A stretch of DNA of 63,215 nucleotides, the filler included, from Conidiobolus incongruus B7586 (Eukaryota), in NCBI GenBank assembly GCA_000697335.1. It is 6 parts of 6 records of this genome, joined end to end, with 100 filler letters (N's around TTAATTAATTAA, not from the genome) between each part and the next. Parts side by side here need not be neighbours in the genome. Positions count along the whole stretch, not along the records: positions 1 to 14,237 come from JNEM01007295.1; 5 more parts are not named here. One strand, given 5' to 3'. The notes beneath the pieces were generated by a model. That model did no database searches. It worked only from the letters and a program-made list of their open reading frames with translations, and was not told the DNA's origin. Made by a program: the position numbers and the translations under genes. Below, piece after piece: positions 1 to 13,267 of the stretch (positions are counted from its first letter, which is position 1; each line of letters starts with the position of its first letter).

Positions 1-1132
1 TTAATTAATAAATTGATATTATAAGTTATTATTTTAAAAAAATTTTAACAATATTAAGAGTTTTCAGGTATATTTGATAAATTCGAATATTATGTTTAGC
101 TATATTTATTTTAATAAAAAAACTATATTTGAAAGATTAAAAAATATATTAAATATTATTAATTTATGATTTTTAAATAATTTCTAAAAATATTATATAT
201 AAAGTTTTTTTAAATAAAATAATAATTAATTCATTATAAAAAAATTATTGTTCTTTTATATTTTGAAATTTATAGTTGATATTTGATTTCCAAAATATAT
301 CAAATTATTGTATTAAAAAACCTTTAAATATAATATTAAATTTTTTTTAAGCTATAATAGTTAAATAATATTTAATTTGTTCATATCAGATAAACTAAAT
401 AAAGTTGAAACTATAACTAGTATTTTATTATAAAATAATATTAAATAATCAAAATAATTCATTCAATTATTATTAAAAGACTATTATTTAAAATTTATAT
501 ATATAAGGTTATATAATTTATTTAATTTTAAATTAATCAAATAAATTATATTTTTAAATTTAATTTCATTTAATTTTATAAATAACATTAATTTACCAAA
601 TAACATGGTTTCTCTTCCTTTTAATTATTTTTTTTTTGAATTTCATCATTAATTTTAAAAATCAAATTATATTTATTAATAATACACCTATTGATATAAT
701 TTAATATAAAATTTAATATATTTATATTTTTTGTTTATTTACAAAGTTAAATAAACTCCGTTTACTAATATAATAATCTGACAAGTAGACATGAAAATAA
801 GTCTTCCTTTGTACTATAATGATTTTATTATTGCCATACTTAGAACAATAATCAGAAAAATTAAATTCAAATCCACTTACATTGATTTATAATTTTTTAT
901 TAGTTTACGATTTTTAACTCCATCCCATAATTTCATAGGGTAATTGATTGGTATAAAGTTTTGTCAATACAAAAAATTGTCCCTATAACACTCAAAAATC
1001 CAAACTTTTAAAAAACTAGTTTAATTTAATTTAATTTAATTTAATACTTTAACCAAAAAGTATCATTAATAGATTATTTTTAATTATACATTATAGAAAA
1101 TTTTTTTTATTTAATTTGGATTGATTGTAAAT

Positions 1133-4100
1133 ATGGTTAAAAAGGCTTTAGACCCCAGAATTCATACCTTAATTAAGAATAGTATTAAGGAGAATAAACG
1201 TTCCTTCTTCGTTATTGTGGGTGATAAGGGAAAAGATCAAGTAAATAAAAATTTATTAAAAATTCAAAGAAAATTGATATTAATTGTATTATAGGTGGTT
1301 AATTTACACTGGTTATTATCTCAAGCTCAAGTTTCAGCTCGTCCTTCCGTATTATGGTGTTACAAGAAAGATTTGGGATTTACGAGGTAATTTTATAACT
1401 TATATAATATAACAATTATTAACGTGTTTTAGTCATCGTAAAAAACGCGAAGCTAAAATTAAGAAAGAGATTAAGAAGGGAATTCGTGAAGTGAACTCGG
1501 AAAGTCCTTTCGAATTATTTATCAGCTTGACCAATATCAGATATACTTACTACAAAGAAACTTATAAGGTATTGGGTAATACTTATGGAATGTGTGTATT
1601 ACAGGTAATTTGGATTTTTATTAGTAATTAAAATTTTGTATTAATCTGAGTTAGGATTTTGAAGCTATAACCCCCAATATTTTAGCTCAAACCATTGAAA
1701 CTGTACAAGGTGGTGGTTGTGTCGTATTATTATTGAGAACTATGAACTCCTTGAAACAATTGTATACTATGGCTATGGATGTTCATTCCCGCTATCGTAC
1801 CGAAGCCCATGATGATGTTGTAAATCGTTTCAACGAAAGATTTATCCTCTCTTTGGGTAACTGTGCCAACTGCTTGGTGTTGGATGACGAATTGAATATT
1901 TTGCCAATTTCTGCTGGTCGCTCCATTAAGGCTTTGCCTGACGATGGTAAGAAGATCGTTTCCGCTAATGAGGAAGAATTGGTTGAATTGAAGAAATCTT
2001 TGGAGGATACTCAACCTGTTGGTGCTTTGGTTGGTGCTACTAAGACTTTAGATCAGGTAAATTTCATTGAAAGATACTTAAATTTATAGAAATATTCACA
2101 ATAATTTAGGCTAAAGCTGTTCTCACATTCGTCGAAGCTATTTCCGAAAAATCCTTACGCAGTACTGTGACCTTAACAGCTGCTCGTGGTCGTGGTAAAT
2201 CCGCTGCCTTGGGTATTGCCATCGCCGCCGCCGTTGCCTACGGTTACTCCAATATCTTTATCACTTCCCCAACTCCCGAGAACTTGAAGACCTTATTCGA
2301 ATTCATTTTCAAGGGTTTCGATGCTTTAGACTACACTGAACATTTGGATTACGACATCATCCAAAGTACTAATCCAGCTTTCAATAAAGCTATTGTCCGT
2401 GTCAACATCTTTAGACAACATCGCCAAACTATTCAATACATCCAACCTCAAGATTACCAGACTTTAGCTCAAGCTGAATTGGTCGTTATTGATGAAGCTG
2501 CTGCTATTCCTTTGCCTCTCGTGAAGAAGTTAATGGGACCTTACTTGGTATTCATGGCTTCCACTATTAACGGTTACGAAGGTACCGGTAGATCTTTGTC
2601 ATTGAAGTTGATTCAACAACTTCGCGAAGAAAGTCGTGGTTTCCACGGAAAAGCTCCCACTACTCAAACTACCTCCGAAGGTACAGTCACTAACCGTGAA
2701 GGTAAAGCTGTCAAAGCCGATTCCGAAAGTGGCTCATCCTCTGGCGCTAGAACCTTGCGCGAAATCAAACTTGAAGAACCTATTAGATATGGCTCTGACG
2801 ACCCCATTGAAAAGTGGCTCAACAAGCTCTTGTGTTTGGATTCCACCATTGTTTCCAAGAATATTCAAGGATGTCCCCACCCTGATCAATGCGAGCTCTA
2901 CACCGTCAATCGCGACACTTTATTCAGTTTTCATCCCGTTTCCGAAACTTTCTTGCAACGTATGATGGCATTGTACGTGTCCAGCCATTACAAGAACACT
3001 CCCAACGATCTTCAGTTAATGTCAGACGCTCCCGCTCATCAATTATTTGTGTTACTCCCTCCAGTCGATCCCGAAGCTAATACTCTTCCCGATCCCCTCT
3101 GTGTCGTCCAAGTGTGTTTGGAAGGTCAAATCTCCAAGAAATCCATTGCCGCCTCCTTATCCCGTGGTATTCGATCTGGAGGTGATTTGATTCCTTGGTT
3201 AGTGTCCCAACAATTCCAAGATGATGATTTTGCTACTCTTTCAGGTGCTCGTGTCGTTCGTATTGCCACGCATCCAGACTACTCCAGTATGGGTTACGGT
3301 TCTCGCGCCTTGAAGTTATTGGAAGAGTTCTATTCCGGTAAATTCGTCAACTTGGACGAAGTCCAAACCCAAGTCGTTACCGAAGTCACCCGCGTAACCG
3401 ATGCCGAGATCGAAAACGGCGATTTATCTAAAGATTTGATCAAGGTTCGCGATCCCTCCACCATGCCACCACTCTTGATGAAACTGTCAGAACAAACCCC
3501 CGCCGCTTTAGATTACTTGGGTGTATCTTACGGTTTGACCCCCCAATTACACAAATTCTGGAAGCGTTCTGGATTCTCCCCACTTTACATTCGCCAAACT
3601 ACGAACGAATTGACGGGTGAACACACTTGCGTAATGGTGAAGCCCTTAACCACTGGGAATGATACTCCCAAGTGGGTCGACGCCTTCACCGCAGACTTTT
3701 GCAAACGATTTTTGAGTTTGTTATCATATCAATTCCGTACTTTCCCAAGCGTACTTGCCCTCAGTATTTTGGAATCCGCAGGGGGTCAAAATAATGATAA
3801 CCAGCTTTTGACACGTCAAGAGTTAGAAGCTCATCTATCACCCTACGATCTTAAACGATTAGAATCTTACGCCAACAATTTATTGGACTACCACGTGATT
3901 ATGGATTTAATCCCCACCATCGCTACTTGGGTATTCCAACATAAATTAGACGTTGTCAAACTCTCTGGCATTCAAAGTTCCCTACTCCTCAGTCTCGGAA
4001 TGCAACGCAAGACTTTCGAAGATGTCGAATCCGAACTTAATTTGCCTGTGAGTCAACTCTTGGCACTCTTCGCCAAATCCCTACGTAAAATTTCCCAACA

Positions 4101-4518
4101 CTTCAGTGAACTTAAGAAGGAAGGTATTATTGAGCAGAATCCTAGTTTAGCTCCAGGTAAACCTCAGCTGGCCAACGGCGACCAAAGTAAAAATTTGGCG
4201 GACGACGACCAATGGAAGCCCATTGAAGAAGATTTACACACAGAGTTGGATGCTGAAGGTCGCAAACAACTCGATAGCTTAAAAGCTCGTCAACGTGAAC
4301 TTATCGACGCCATCGATCTTACTAAATTCATTATTCCAGGATCAGACAAGACTTGGGAGAATGCAGAAATCTTGGTTGGGGAGAATAATAAAGTATCGGT
4401 CAAGAATAATAAGAGAACTATTTCGCAAACTGGAAGTACTCAGAAATTAGTTGAGAGTTTGAATGCTAAGGCTGAGCAAGAAGCGAAGAAGAAGAAAAAA
4501 AATAAGAATAAGAAATAG
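1133..4518 (+). CDS. NAT10: RNA cytidine acetyltransferase (ac4C; NAT10/Kre33), 5 exons
   Basis: Exons 1133-1240, 1295-1386, 1433-1604, 1655-2056 and 2110-4518 with GT-AG introns. N-terminus MVKKALDPRIHTLIKN...RSFFVIVGDKGKDQ; P-loop AARGRGKSAALG; DEAAAIP; STINGYEGTGRSLSLKL; GNAT motif RIATHPDYSSMGYGS; Lys-rich tail. Confidence 0.97.
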
Positions 4519-4701
4519 ATTATTAGTTGATTATTATTAATAAATAGATTATTATCAAAATTAAATTTTTTATTTTTATTAAAAATAGTCAATTATTTGA
4601 ATATTATTGTAAATTCAAAAAAAATCAATTAAAATTAATCTCTGATTTTATTAATAATAAATAATAAAGATCGTTTTTATATTAATAAGTCTATATAGCT
4701 G

Positions 4702-5967
4702 TTATTGATACAGTTGAGTATATCCCAATTCCGTATAAACTGCAAATTCAGCTAATGTTGGACTAGATACTTCACTCTTTGTCCCACTTCCATGCCAGTG
4801 GTTGTCCCTCCGCGTGCGGATATTACCACTGTTATTGGGGGACGATCGCATCAATCTGTTGAGGTTGACTGGACTCGGTATTAAGTACTTGGTAAAGTTG
4901 TGTAATTTGGATTTCGTACTGGTGGTTGAATGAGGAGGTATGGGAGGGGTAGCGTCATCGGCATGCGACGGTATGGGTAGGAGTTCTTTGGTGCGGCATC
5001 GTGATCTTTCAGATTGGGATTTGGCCATTGGGACGGAGCCCGATCCCAAAGTTGACCTTCTCATGCCCTTGGGATCCAAATCCACGGAGTCTTTGCGTCT
5101 TCCTATAGGGTGATTTGGATAGTTCGCAAGGAATTTGCCTCTGGGAATAAGTAGTACATTCTTTCTGAATTTTAGCAAAAGATCCCAGTTGGGTAGGTTG
5201 GCACCCTGTTGATTGAAGGTGAATAGACCTAACTCCATGTCCAAAGGTTTCAAAGCATTCATTTTTAGTTCACTCAGGAGTTCAGTGTTCTCGGAGTGGA
5301 TATCGTGTTGCATTTGAGTATAGAGTGTATGGGATTGAAAAATACCGAATAGTTTTTCCAGTAAATTACTTAATTGGCAGTTTAACATTTCGAAAAAATC
5401 ATAATAATCGTTGGCATCGTTAGTAGTACTAATGGTGCCAACCATACCTCCGCTAACAACACTATCCCTCGAGAGTCTTTTACCCTCTTTAATAAAATTA
5501 TTCAAACTCTGCTCTTTTCTGTTATATTGGTGACCTCTATACTGATTAAACGGAAACTCCCTTCCCACTTCAGAATCATCGATAAATCTCCTCAATAACT
5601 CCTTAGCCTCAGAAATACTCTCTTCGAAATCACTGTGAACGGAGTTTAAAAATTTTTCAGTCTCCAAATAGCATAATAAAATTTGTAAATAGTTACAACG
5701 ATGACAGAATCGCATAAAGTAACATAGAGAAATTGGACACTTGGTTATTTGTTTGAAATTGTATTTGGGATTGTCTAAATTCGTTGGAAAGTTGGGAGTT
5801 TGACTGTCGTTAAATTGGGAAAATTCGCGACCAAAAAATAGGGTTAACTTTCGAGTACGGTCACTCTCCTGCGTCGGTGAGTTGGGGAAACTGTTACCAA
5901 AGGCATTAGGACTCGTGGGTAATGATCTCGCATTTGTTAATGAGCAACGGTGTAAAGAATTTTTCAT
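4702..5967 (-). CDS. 421-aa protein with a putative RGS-like domain and disordered tail
   Basis: Long open single-exon ORF, GC-richer than its flanks. FKQITKCPISLCYFMRFC...QILLCYLETEKF...EAKELLRRFI resembles the RGS helical bundle pattern, preceded by RKLTLFFG. Domain call is by eye. Confidence 0.6.
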   Translation of the reverse strand: MKNSLHRCSLTNARSLPTSPNAFGNSFPNSPTQESDRTRKLTLFFGREFSQFNDSQTPNFPTNLDNPKYNFKQITKCPISLCYFMRFCHRCNYLQILLCYLETEKFLNSVHSDFEESISEAKELLRRFIDDSEVGREFPFNQYRGHQYNRKEQSLNNFIKEGKRLSRDSVVSGGMVGTISTTNDANDYYDFFEMLNCQLSNLLEKLFGIFQSHTLYTQMQHDIHSENTELLSELKMNALKPLDMELGLFTFNQQGANLPNWDLLLKFRKNVLLIPRGKFLANYPNHPIGRRKDSVDLDPKGMRRSTLGSGSVPMAKSQSERSRCRTKELLPIPSHADDATPPIPPHSTTSTKSKLHNFTKYLIPSPVNLNRLMRSSPNNSGNIRTRRDNHWHGSGTKSEVSSPTLAEFAVYTELGYTQLYQ

Positions 5968-8937
5968 ATTTATTTATATATTTTTTGATATTATTGAATT
6001 ATTTATAAATTATAATTCACCTAAAGGAAAAAACCCTATTGAATAACAATAATAAATTGAATAAATAAGCTTGATAGTTATTATACACACTCTCTCTTTA
6101 CAATAATACCACACAGTTGATAGATTTAAAAAATTCACAGAAGAATAAAATTTAACAAAATTTGAAAGTGAGAAAAAGAGTTAAGAATATGAAATAAGGA
6201 TAAATGTAGTAATATTTAGACCTGGTTCTTATTCAAATTGAAATGAAAAAAAACCCTTATTAAAATCTGCCTATATATCCGACCGAATTTATCGAAGATT
6301 TTTGGAACTGTTAGTTTACAATTATATTAATTATTTCAACTCCACAAGGCGCAAAAATTAACACAACTGTCAAATTTAGAGTTACTGATGGATCAAAAAT
6401 GAATAAGTGATATGCAAACTTAAATTTGGGTTGAATTTTGATTAATAATTTTCCTTATAAAGATCTACCTAATATTTTAAATTAGCGATAATTCTTAGAA
6501 TTATTATTATATTAATAGTATTTTTAAAGGCTGTGGATGGATTTTAATATAGTTAATTGCCGATACAAATAAAAATAAAATGTATTCAAAATTATGAGCA
6601 TAGCACATATAAATTCATTTTACTTTCACATAATGTTATGACATAATAAAAAATATTTTGAACCCCTTATTTAATGCAATTAAAAATTTACATCGATTCA
6701 GATATATCCGATTACATCTATTGAGAATGGCTCCTCCACTAAAGGGCTAAAGTATTGGTAGGGGCTTACTCTCATTTATTAATTCAAGTAAATATATTTG
6801 TTAAATTTATATTATGAAATTGGTTGATGATTTCATCATATATATTTAGGTATAATGAAATTCTAGGAGGCATTGATTGAAAATTTTTAAGGTAGATTAT
6901 TAATTATTATTTTGAAAATGAAAATAATATTCATAATAATAGATAATCCAATTTTTGCCTAAAAATAATCTATTAGAACACTATTAAAAACTAACTTAAT
7001 GTTACTTACTTTCTTAACTTTAATTTGATTAATTTGACGAATTCGACTAGTGTCAATTTATGCCATATGTTGGAGTATCGATTTCATCTTATTAACTCAA
7101 TTCAGCGAAAATTTATACTTTGTCAATGTCTTAAATTATTTGAAATTAATTGTCAGAGGTAATGTCATAGGAAGGTAAATATTGACAATGGGTTCAATTG
7201 GTTGATACCATTTAAATAAGGAATTCAATAGTAATTATTTATAGTATTAATTTAATATTTATCAATAGTTCAAATCAAATTAATTTAGGACAATGATTGT
7301 TATTATTATTATCAAGTTTGGTTAATTCATTCTGTCAATATTTTGATACTTTATACATTTGCATAATTATACCTTAATTTAATACTCCTTCCATCTAAGT
7401 GATTATAATACAATAATTTATTTATTATAATAATTCCAATGCATTGATCAAAATATTCAAAATTTGGAATTGTTAAATATATGTATATTCATTGGTATGA
7501 TAATATTCATATTAATATTATTTTATCTCTATCTTTTTTCTAGCTTTATTAAGTTTTAAACTTAATCATTTCAAAATCCCTATTGTTATCATATCAAGCT
7601 AAATTTCGACCTTGCATAATATAGAATACAAGAATATAATCTTGTCAATTGAAACCAACAATTTTCTCATACTTCGACTTATTTCTCTCTTTTAGGATAT
7701 ATATGGCATTTAAAAAGGTTTTAATATCCAAATATTATATTAAAATAGTTAATTTTTAATTTAATTCAAATCAGGCGTATATATTAATTCTATTGAAGAT
7801 TTGAAATTGAAAATATTAATAATTCACCAATTAAGTTTATATATATATATATATATATGTTAACATTGATTTTATTCTTAAATATTATTAATTATTTGTA
7901 TATAATAATATTAAATTTAGTAATATTACAATTTCAAACCATCAGGTTTAATTTTCAACTTTAAGTTAATTCTAGTTTGTCGAACAATTAATTTTATATT
8001 GATTATTTTGGGTATATTTTTGCCACTTGAAAAACAATTTAAATTTAGAATAATAATAATAATAATAATAGTTTTTAAAACAATAGTAAATCGTGAAAAA
8101 TAGAGAAACACATAAAATGATGATTATCCACTGATCCTGTTGATTATATTATTGGATTGGATTGTGATACCAAAAAATATATACATAATGATTAAATTAA
8201 TATGATTTGATTATTGGATATTTGTTAATAATATGTTGATAGTGTTAGGGTTATATATAATGTAGGTTTTATATCAATATAATGAACTAATGGCATTGAA
8301 ATTTTTTAATATATCATAATAATAATGGTTCAATTTTATTTCATTATTTTTAATTATTAATATAAATTGATAATTTATCAATGTAGTTATGTTATGAAAA
8401 TGTATAAGTACTATTTTTGAAATGACTTATATTTTTCAATAATAATATCAAAGTTTTATCATTAAAACTATTATGATATAGCGATATGAAAAGCTAGATT
8501 AAAAATTTGTTTATAGTGATTTTTGATAATCATGAATCAATCCAGTCAATTCCAAAATTTATAACTATAAATTTCATATTTAAATACTTTATTTAGAATT
8601 ACATCACCTTTTCTTTTAGCCTACAATTAAATTGATATTCAATAGAACATTAACTAGAAAGATATCTATTTATTATTAAATATTGAAATTAAAATTTTAA
8701 ACAATTATTATTTTATTAATTTTAATAAGGTTAAACTTATTAGTATAATTATTTTATTAAATGTAAAATCAACTAGTAGATTATATTATCATTATTAAGA
8801 ATGCTAATTGACGTTATTAAAGATTTTTTATTTATAAAATTAATTATTATAATATAATTAAATGACTATAAACATGATGATATCAATGAATTTTATGAGC
8901 TTAAATGCAAATAGTAAATAGTTATAGACGATTATAA

Positions 8938-9141
8938 TTAGCGAGTAAAGCTCCAAATTTGGTATTTGGAAACTTCTGGTTTAGATGGCTTAAATGTAGG
9001 GTTGAAAGAACGTTCAATTGCGAGAGATGTCCTTGGGGAAGATACTGGCGATGTAATTCTAGAGCCAACGGGAGAATTTATGGGTGAGTTGGGAGCTGAT
9101 TTGCGAATGTTTTCAATTTCGGCTCGTAATACAAAATCCAT
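8938..9141 (-). CDS. 67-aa Ser/Pro-rich microprotein of unknown function
   Basis: ATG-to-TAA ORF forming a GC-richer island in AT-rich DNA. A TATAAAA lies ~75 nt upstream on the minus strand. Repeated SP motifs. Confidence 0.65.
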   Translation of the reverse strand: MDFVLRAEIENIRKSAPNSPINSPVGSRITSPVSSPRTSLAIERSFNPTFKPSKPEVSKYQIWSFTR

Positions 9142-10391
9142 TGTTCAATATATATGTTAAAGGTAATTATTTACAAGATATTGGTTGATGTTAATACTTT
9201 CTTAAGAGAAATAGATTTTTATATGAATTTAATAATCAAAAATAGACTCAATCTTTGTTATTAAAATGGATTGTACAACTAATATTAATTTTGAAAAATT
9301 CAAACTTTGAGTATTTGAGTACCATTAAATTTTCAACATTTGTTATTGTTTAATCAATGTGCTCATTTAATTGGTAATTGACTAAAATTTAATTTATTGT
9401 ATATTATTTAGGAAATTTATATCTTTAATGGGCTTTAAATTCATTTTCAAATTTTTTATTCACTTTCAATCTCAACAATATAAGTAATTGTATTAAATTA
9501 TTAAATATTATAATTTTTTATTGATTACCTGATATTATCTATATATTTCGATTTTATATTAATATTCTTAATATATTTCTTAATATTATAAAATACGTTA
9601 TGAGATTTTTAGAGTTATTATGAAGATGATGTATGGGCTAATATTGATATTTTATAAATATTAGAATATGGGAAAATTGCTCAAAAATTTTAAAATTTAA
9701 TATTAATCCTTGTAATAAAATAATATAATTATGTATATTAATTTTTTTTGAAATATATTAATATAAATATCTACAAAGTTTGAGTTAATTTATTTTGAAT
9801 AAATATAATAATTTAGCATTTAATAATTTTAATATAAATATTATATAATAACAAATAAACTATTTTTTTTATCATCATCATTATTAAAAGTATACTTATT
9901 AGTTTATTTATTATTATGAAGCCTATGTATCACCATTAATTTAATAAAAATTGATATTAATCCAAAATAAATTAATATAAAATGGAATAAAATATTCGAA
10001 GACAATTAATAATTGATATATTCAGCAACCTGATATTAAAGAATACAACCATAATTAATAATAATATATTGATTTGTGATATTTATATATAAAATCATTA
10101 CATTATAGAACCAATAATTTGAAATTAATAAATTGATTGAGAAAATAATATTAACTATTATGATTACCCTATGGAGATATTTTTCAATAGTCAATCAATT
10201 CATATGTATATTAATTAAATGAATATTATATTAGATTTATTAATTATTCAATAATACAATCTTCAAATAATTATATAAAATTTATAAAAAGTATAAAAAT
10301 ATAAAAAATATTAATTGAAAAGTTGAAATAAATTATTTAGTGTTTGATAAATTAAATGAAATTTAAGGTGGAAAAAGTTTATACTTTGAAA

Positions 10392-10464
10392 CACCCAACG
10401 TGGGGGTCGAACCCACAACCTTGAGATTAAGAGTCTCACGCTCTACCGATTGAGCTAGCCGGGC
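10392..10464 (-). tRNA. tRNA-Lys(CTT)
   Basis: Reverse complement GCCCGGCTAGCTCAATCGGTAGAGCGTGAGACTCTTAATCTCAAGGTTGTGGGTTCGACCCCCACGTTGGGTG; cloverleaf, anticodon CTT. Confidence 0.97.
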
Positions 10465-10743
10465 TTAACTAATTCTTAATTTTTAACTAATTGTTCATTT
10501 TAATCCGACTTAATTTTTTTTTGAATTTTAATCAAAATTTCCTAGTATTATCAATTAAAATATTTATCAAACAATTTTTGCGTAATTAATAATCTAATTT
10601 TATCTTAATCGTTACACTATTTTTTAATATTACATTTCAATATTTTTATTTCAATTATATTAATTCTATCTCTTTCATTATCTTTGGCTTTATTCTAAAT
10701 TGATTTGATACCATTATCAATAATACTTGAAATTTCTTTTCAA

Positions 10744-11067
10744 CTATTGATCTTCCTCCTTATCAGTTTGTGAATTAAAATCCTCTGACTTGGGCTTCAA
10801 CTCATCTGCGATGAATTCTTTCATATATCGACCGAATTCTTTCAACTGCTGAGGAATGTTAGTGCTGTTTAAAATGTTCAGAATTTGAAAAATTACATTG
10901 GAACCACCTGTCAATTTACTCATAGTTCAAATAAAGACACCAAACTGCCCGAAATTGATACAAGTACCAATAGCAAAAGTGTGTAATGCAAACTTCCTAA
11001 TTTGTTTATAGAATTTTTTGGTATAGGTAGAGCTAAATGCTTGTCGAAATTGAATTGTTTAGCTCAT
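10744..11067 (-). pseudogene. Disrupted ~108-codon reading frame, small protein with one hydrophobic segment
   Basis: Minus frame reads MS*TIQFRQAFSSTYTKKFYKQIRKFALHTFAIGTCINFGQFGVFI*TMSKLTGG...KEEDQ*. Coding-like composition with two internal stops. Confidence 0.4.
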
Positions 11068-12934
11068 TTGTTTAATACTAAACCAATTATAATTTGATAA
11101 TTATTTATAAACATTGATAATAATGATTTGCATTATTTTCTTGAAATAAATAAAGTTGTAGATATCCCTGTTAAGATATAACTAGCACTTAATCCCACTA
11201 ATGTCTAGTGATAACCTTCAGCTGATGAATTATATTTGAATTATTTTTCTATCATATTATGTTTAATTTAATATTTTATTTTTCAATTATTAAATAAAAA
11301 TTGAAAAAAATTACTTTTACTAATTTTAATTTGTTTTTAATGTTTAATATCACATTGAATCAATTTATATTATTATTAAATAATTTAATTTATGAATTTT
11401 TATTCTAAAAAATTCTAATTATAGCTGTTTCAAAATTAATTAAAGTGTCTAAAAAATATGGTCAATCGAATTTAAATTATTTCATTTTAATGTATTTCAA
11501 AATAAAAATTCATCAATATCTTAATTCATTAAAATATTAATTTAATTTAAACATTATTAAATTATTAAAATACTATTATTATTTATAATATTTATTAATT
11601 TTACATAAAAGATATTATAAAAATTTAACAAAATACTATAATTATTCAATTTAACAAATTCTAATTTCAAATTATATGTTCCAAATATAAAATTCAGTAA
11701 CTAATATGAAAATTTGAATATAAAAAATAATTAATAAATTCTAAATAACATAATTATTAATATAAATAATATTGAATAAAATACTTACTTGATAATAATT
11801 TTATAAATTTTAAAATATATAAAAATTTTAAATAATAATACTTAACTAATAACTCGAATCTAAATAAAAATTAATATATACAAATTTTAAGGAGGTGTAA
11901 TTTTATTTCAAATATTTATTTTAATATCCATTATTGAACTAATTATCATGAGAATTGATTAATAAAGAACAATATTATTTAACTCTATTTCAATTCTTAC
12001 CTTATATGTTATGGTGTTATATTCATTTGAAATTATAATGATAAGGTAGTAGTTATGGTGATTTATATTATAATTTTATAAAAAAAATTAAATTATTTTC
12101 TTACCTTATTATTAAAATTTTAATACTTTTTATAATTATATTTGAATTTTTTCTCATTTATAATTTTTTAATAATTCGATTATTAAAATATATAAATTGT
12201 GGATAATTTTAAATTATATTGTGATTTAATTTTATATTTGATTCACTTTTTTAAAATTTATAATCCTTGTAACTTATACTGTTATTTAGAGTGTGAAGCT
12301 TTAATTTTAGATTTGTATTGTGTTAATTTTAATTTTTTAATAGTTTGTATTTTTAAAGATTATTATATTTTAATAAAGTTGAAAAGCGATCGTTCAATTG
12401 AGATATTTATATTATTAAATTTAATTAATTATTGCTTATGGATGTATTGTTGTTCATACTTTAAAGTTAATATTATAGTGGCTTGAATCTTCTTGTTGAA
12501 TTATGAGGATATTTGCTCTGATGTTTAACCAATAGATTAATTATGGATTGTCACGATACAGATATATGATATAATATTTCCTAAGTTTGCATTGGAAATA
12601 CTTTTTGCGACATTGAGTTATTAATCGATTAACAAGTATGTTTACAATTATTATAGTTGTGAATTAATTATTGGTTATTAATCAAAGTAATTTATAAGTC
12701 GTCATTTCAAGTTAGCTGATAAATTAATTAATCATCGAATTAAATAACTTTTAATTGTAAACGTTGCATTTATTGAAGAATGGCATCATCGTCAATATTA
12801 TTGAAAATAATTTGACAAGTAAAAAGAATTCCCAATTAGTAATATGAGGAAGAGGAACACTTGCGTGATATCTTGTCAAATGACAAAAAAATTGAAGAAA
12901 TTTGGTAATTGCGCCATTTTGAAATGGATATGGT

Positions 12935-13157
12935 CCATTGGTTCAGTATATTAAAGATTCGTCCAACAACTCCTAGGGCATGGGCCAATCACACTTGGAG
13001 AAAGTACTCACACCAATCAATTCCCATTGTTGGGAATTTCATATTTCGATTGTAAGAATGCAAAAAGGAAAATCTCCTTGTGATTGGCCAATTTTCACAA
13101 AAAAAAATGACGCCTTACGAATTCTAAGTAAATATTGCAAATTGATCACTATTTAAA
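12935..13157 (+). promoter_or_regulatory. SAM synthetase promoter with clustered CCAAT boxes and a TATA-like element
   Basis: ATTGG at 12937 and 13083; CCAAT at 12985, 13013 and 13088; TATTTAAA at 13150-13157, ~110 nt before the ATG. Confidence 0.45.
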
Positions 13158-13267
13158 CAGCTCAAAGAATCCCTTGATTGCTACTATTAATATCTGATCA
13201 AACCACTGGCAAAGCCAAGTTTCAGTTATAGCAACTTATTAATTATTTAATACATAGCATATACACA

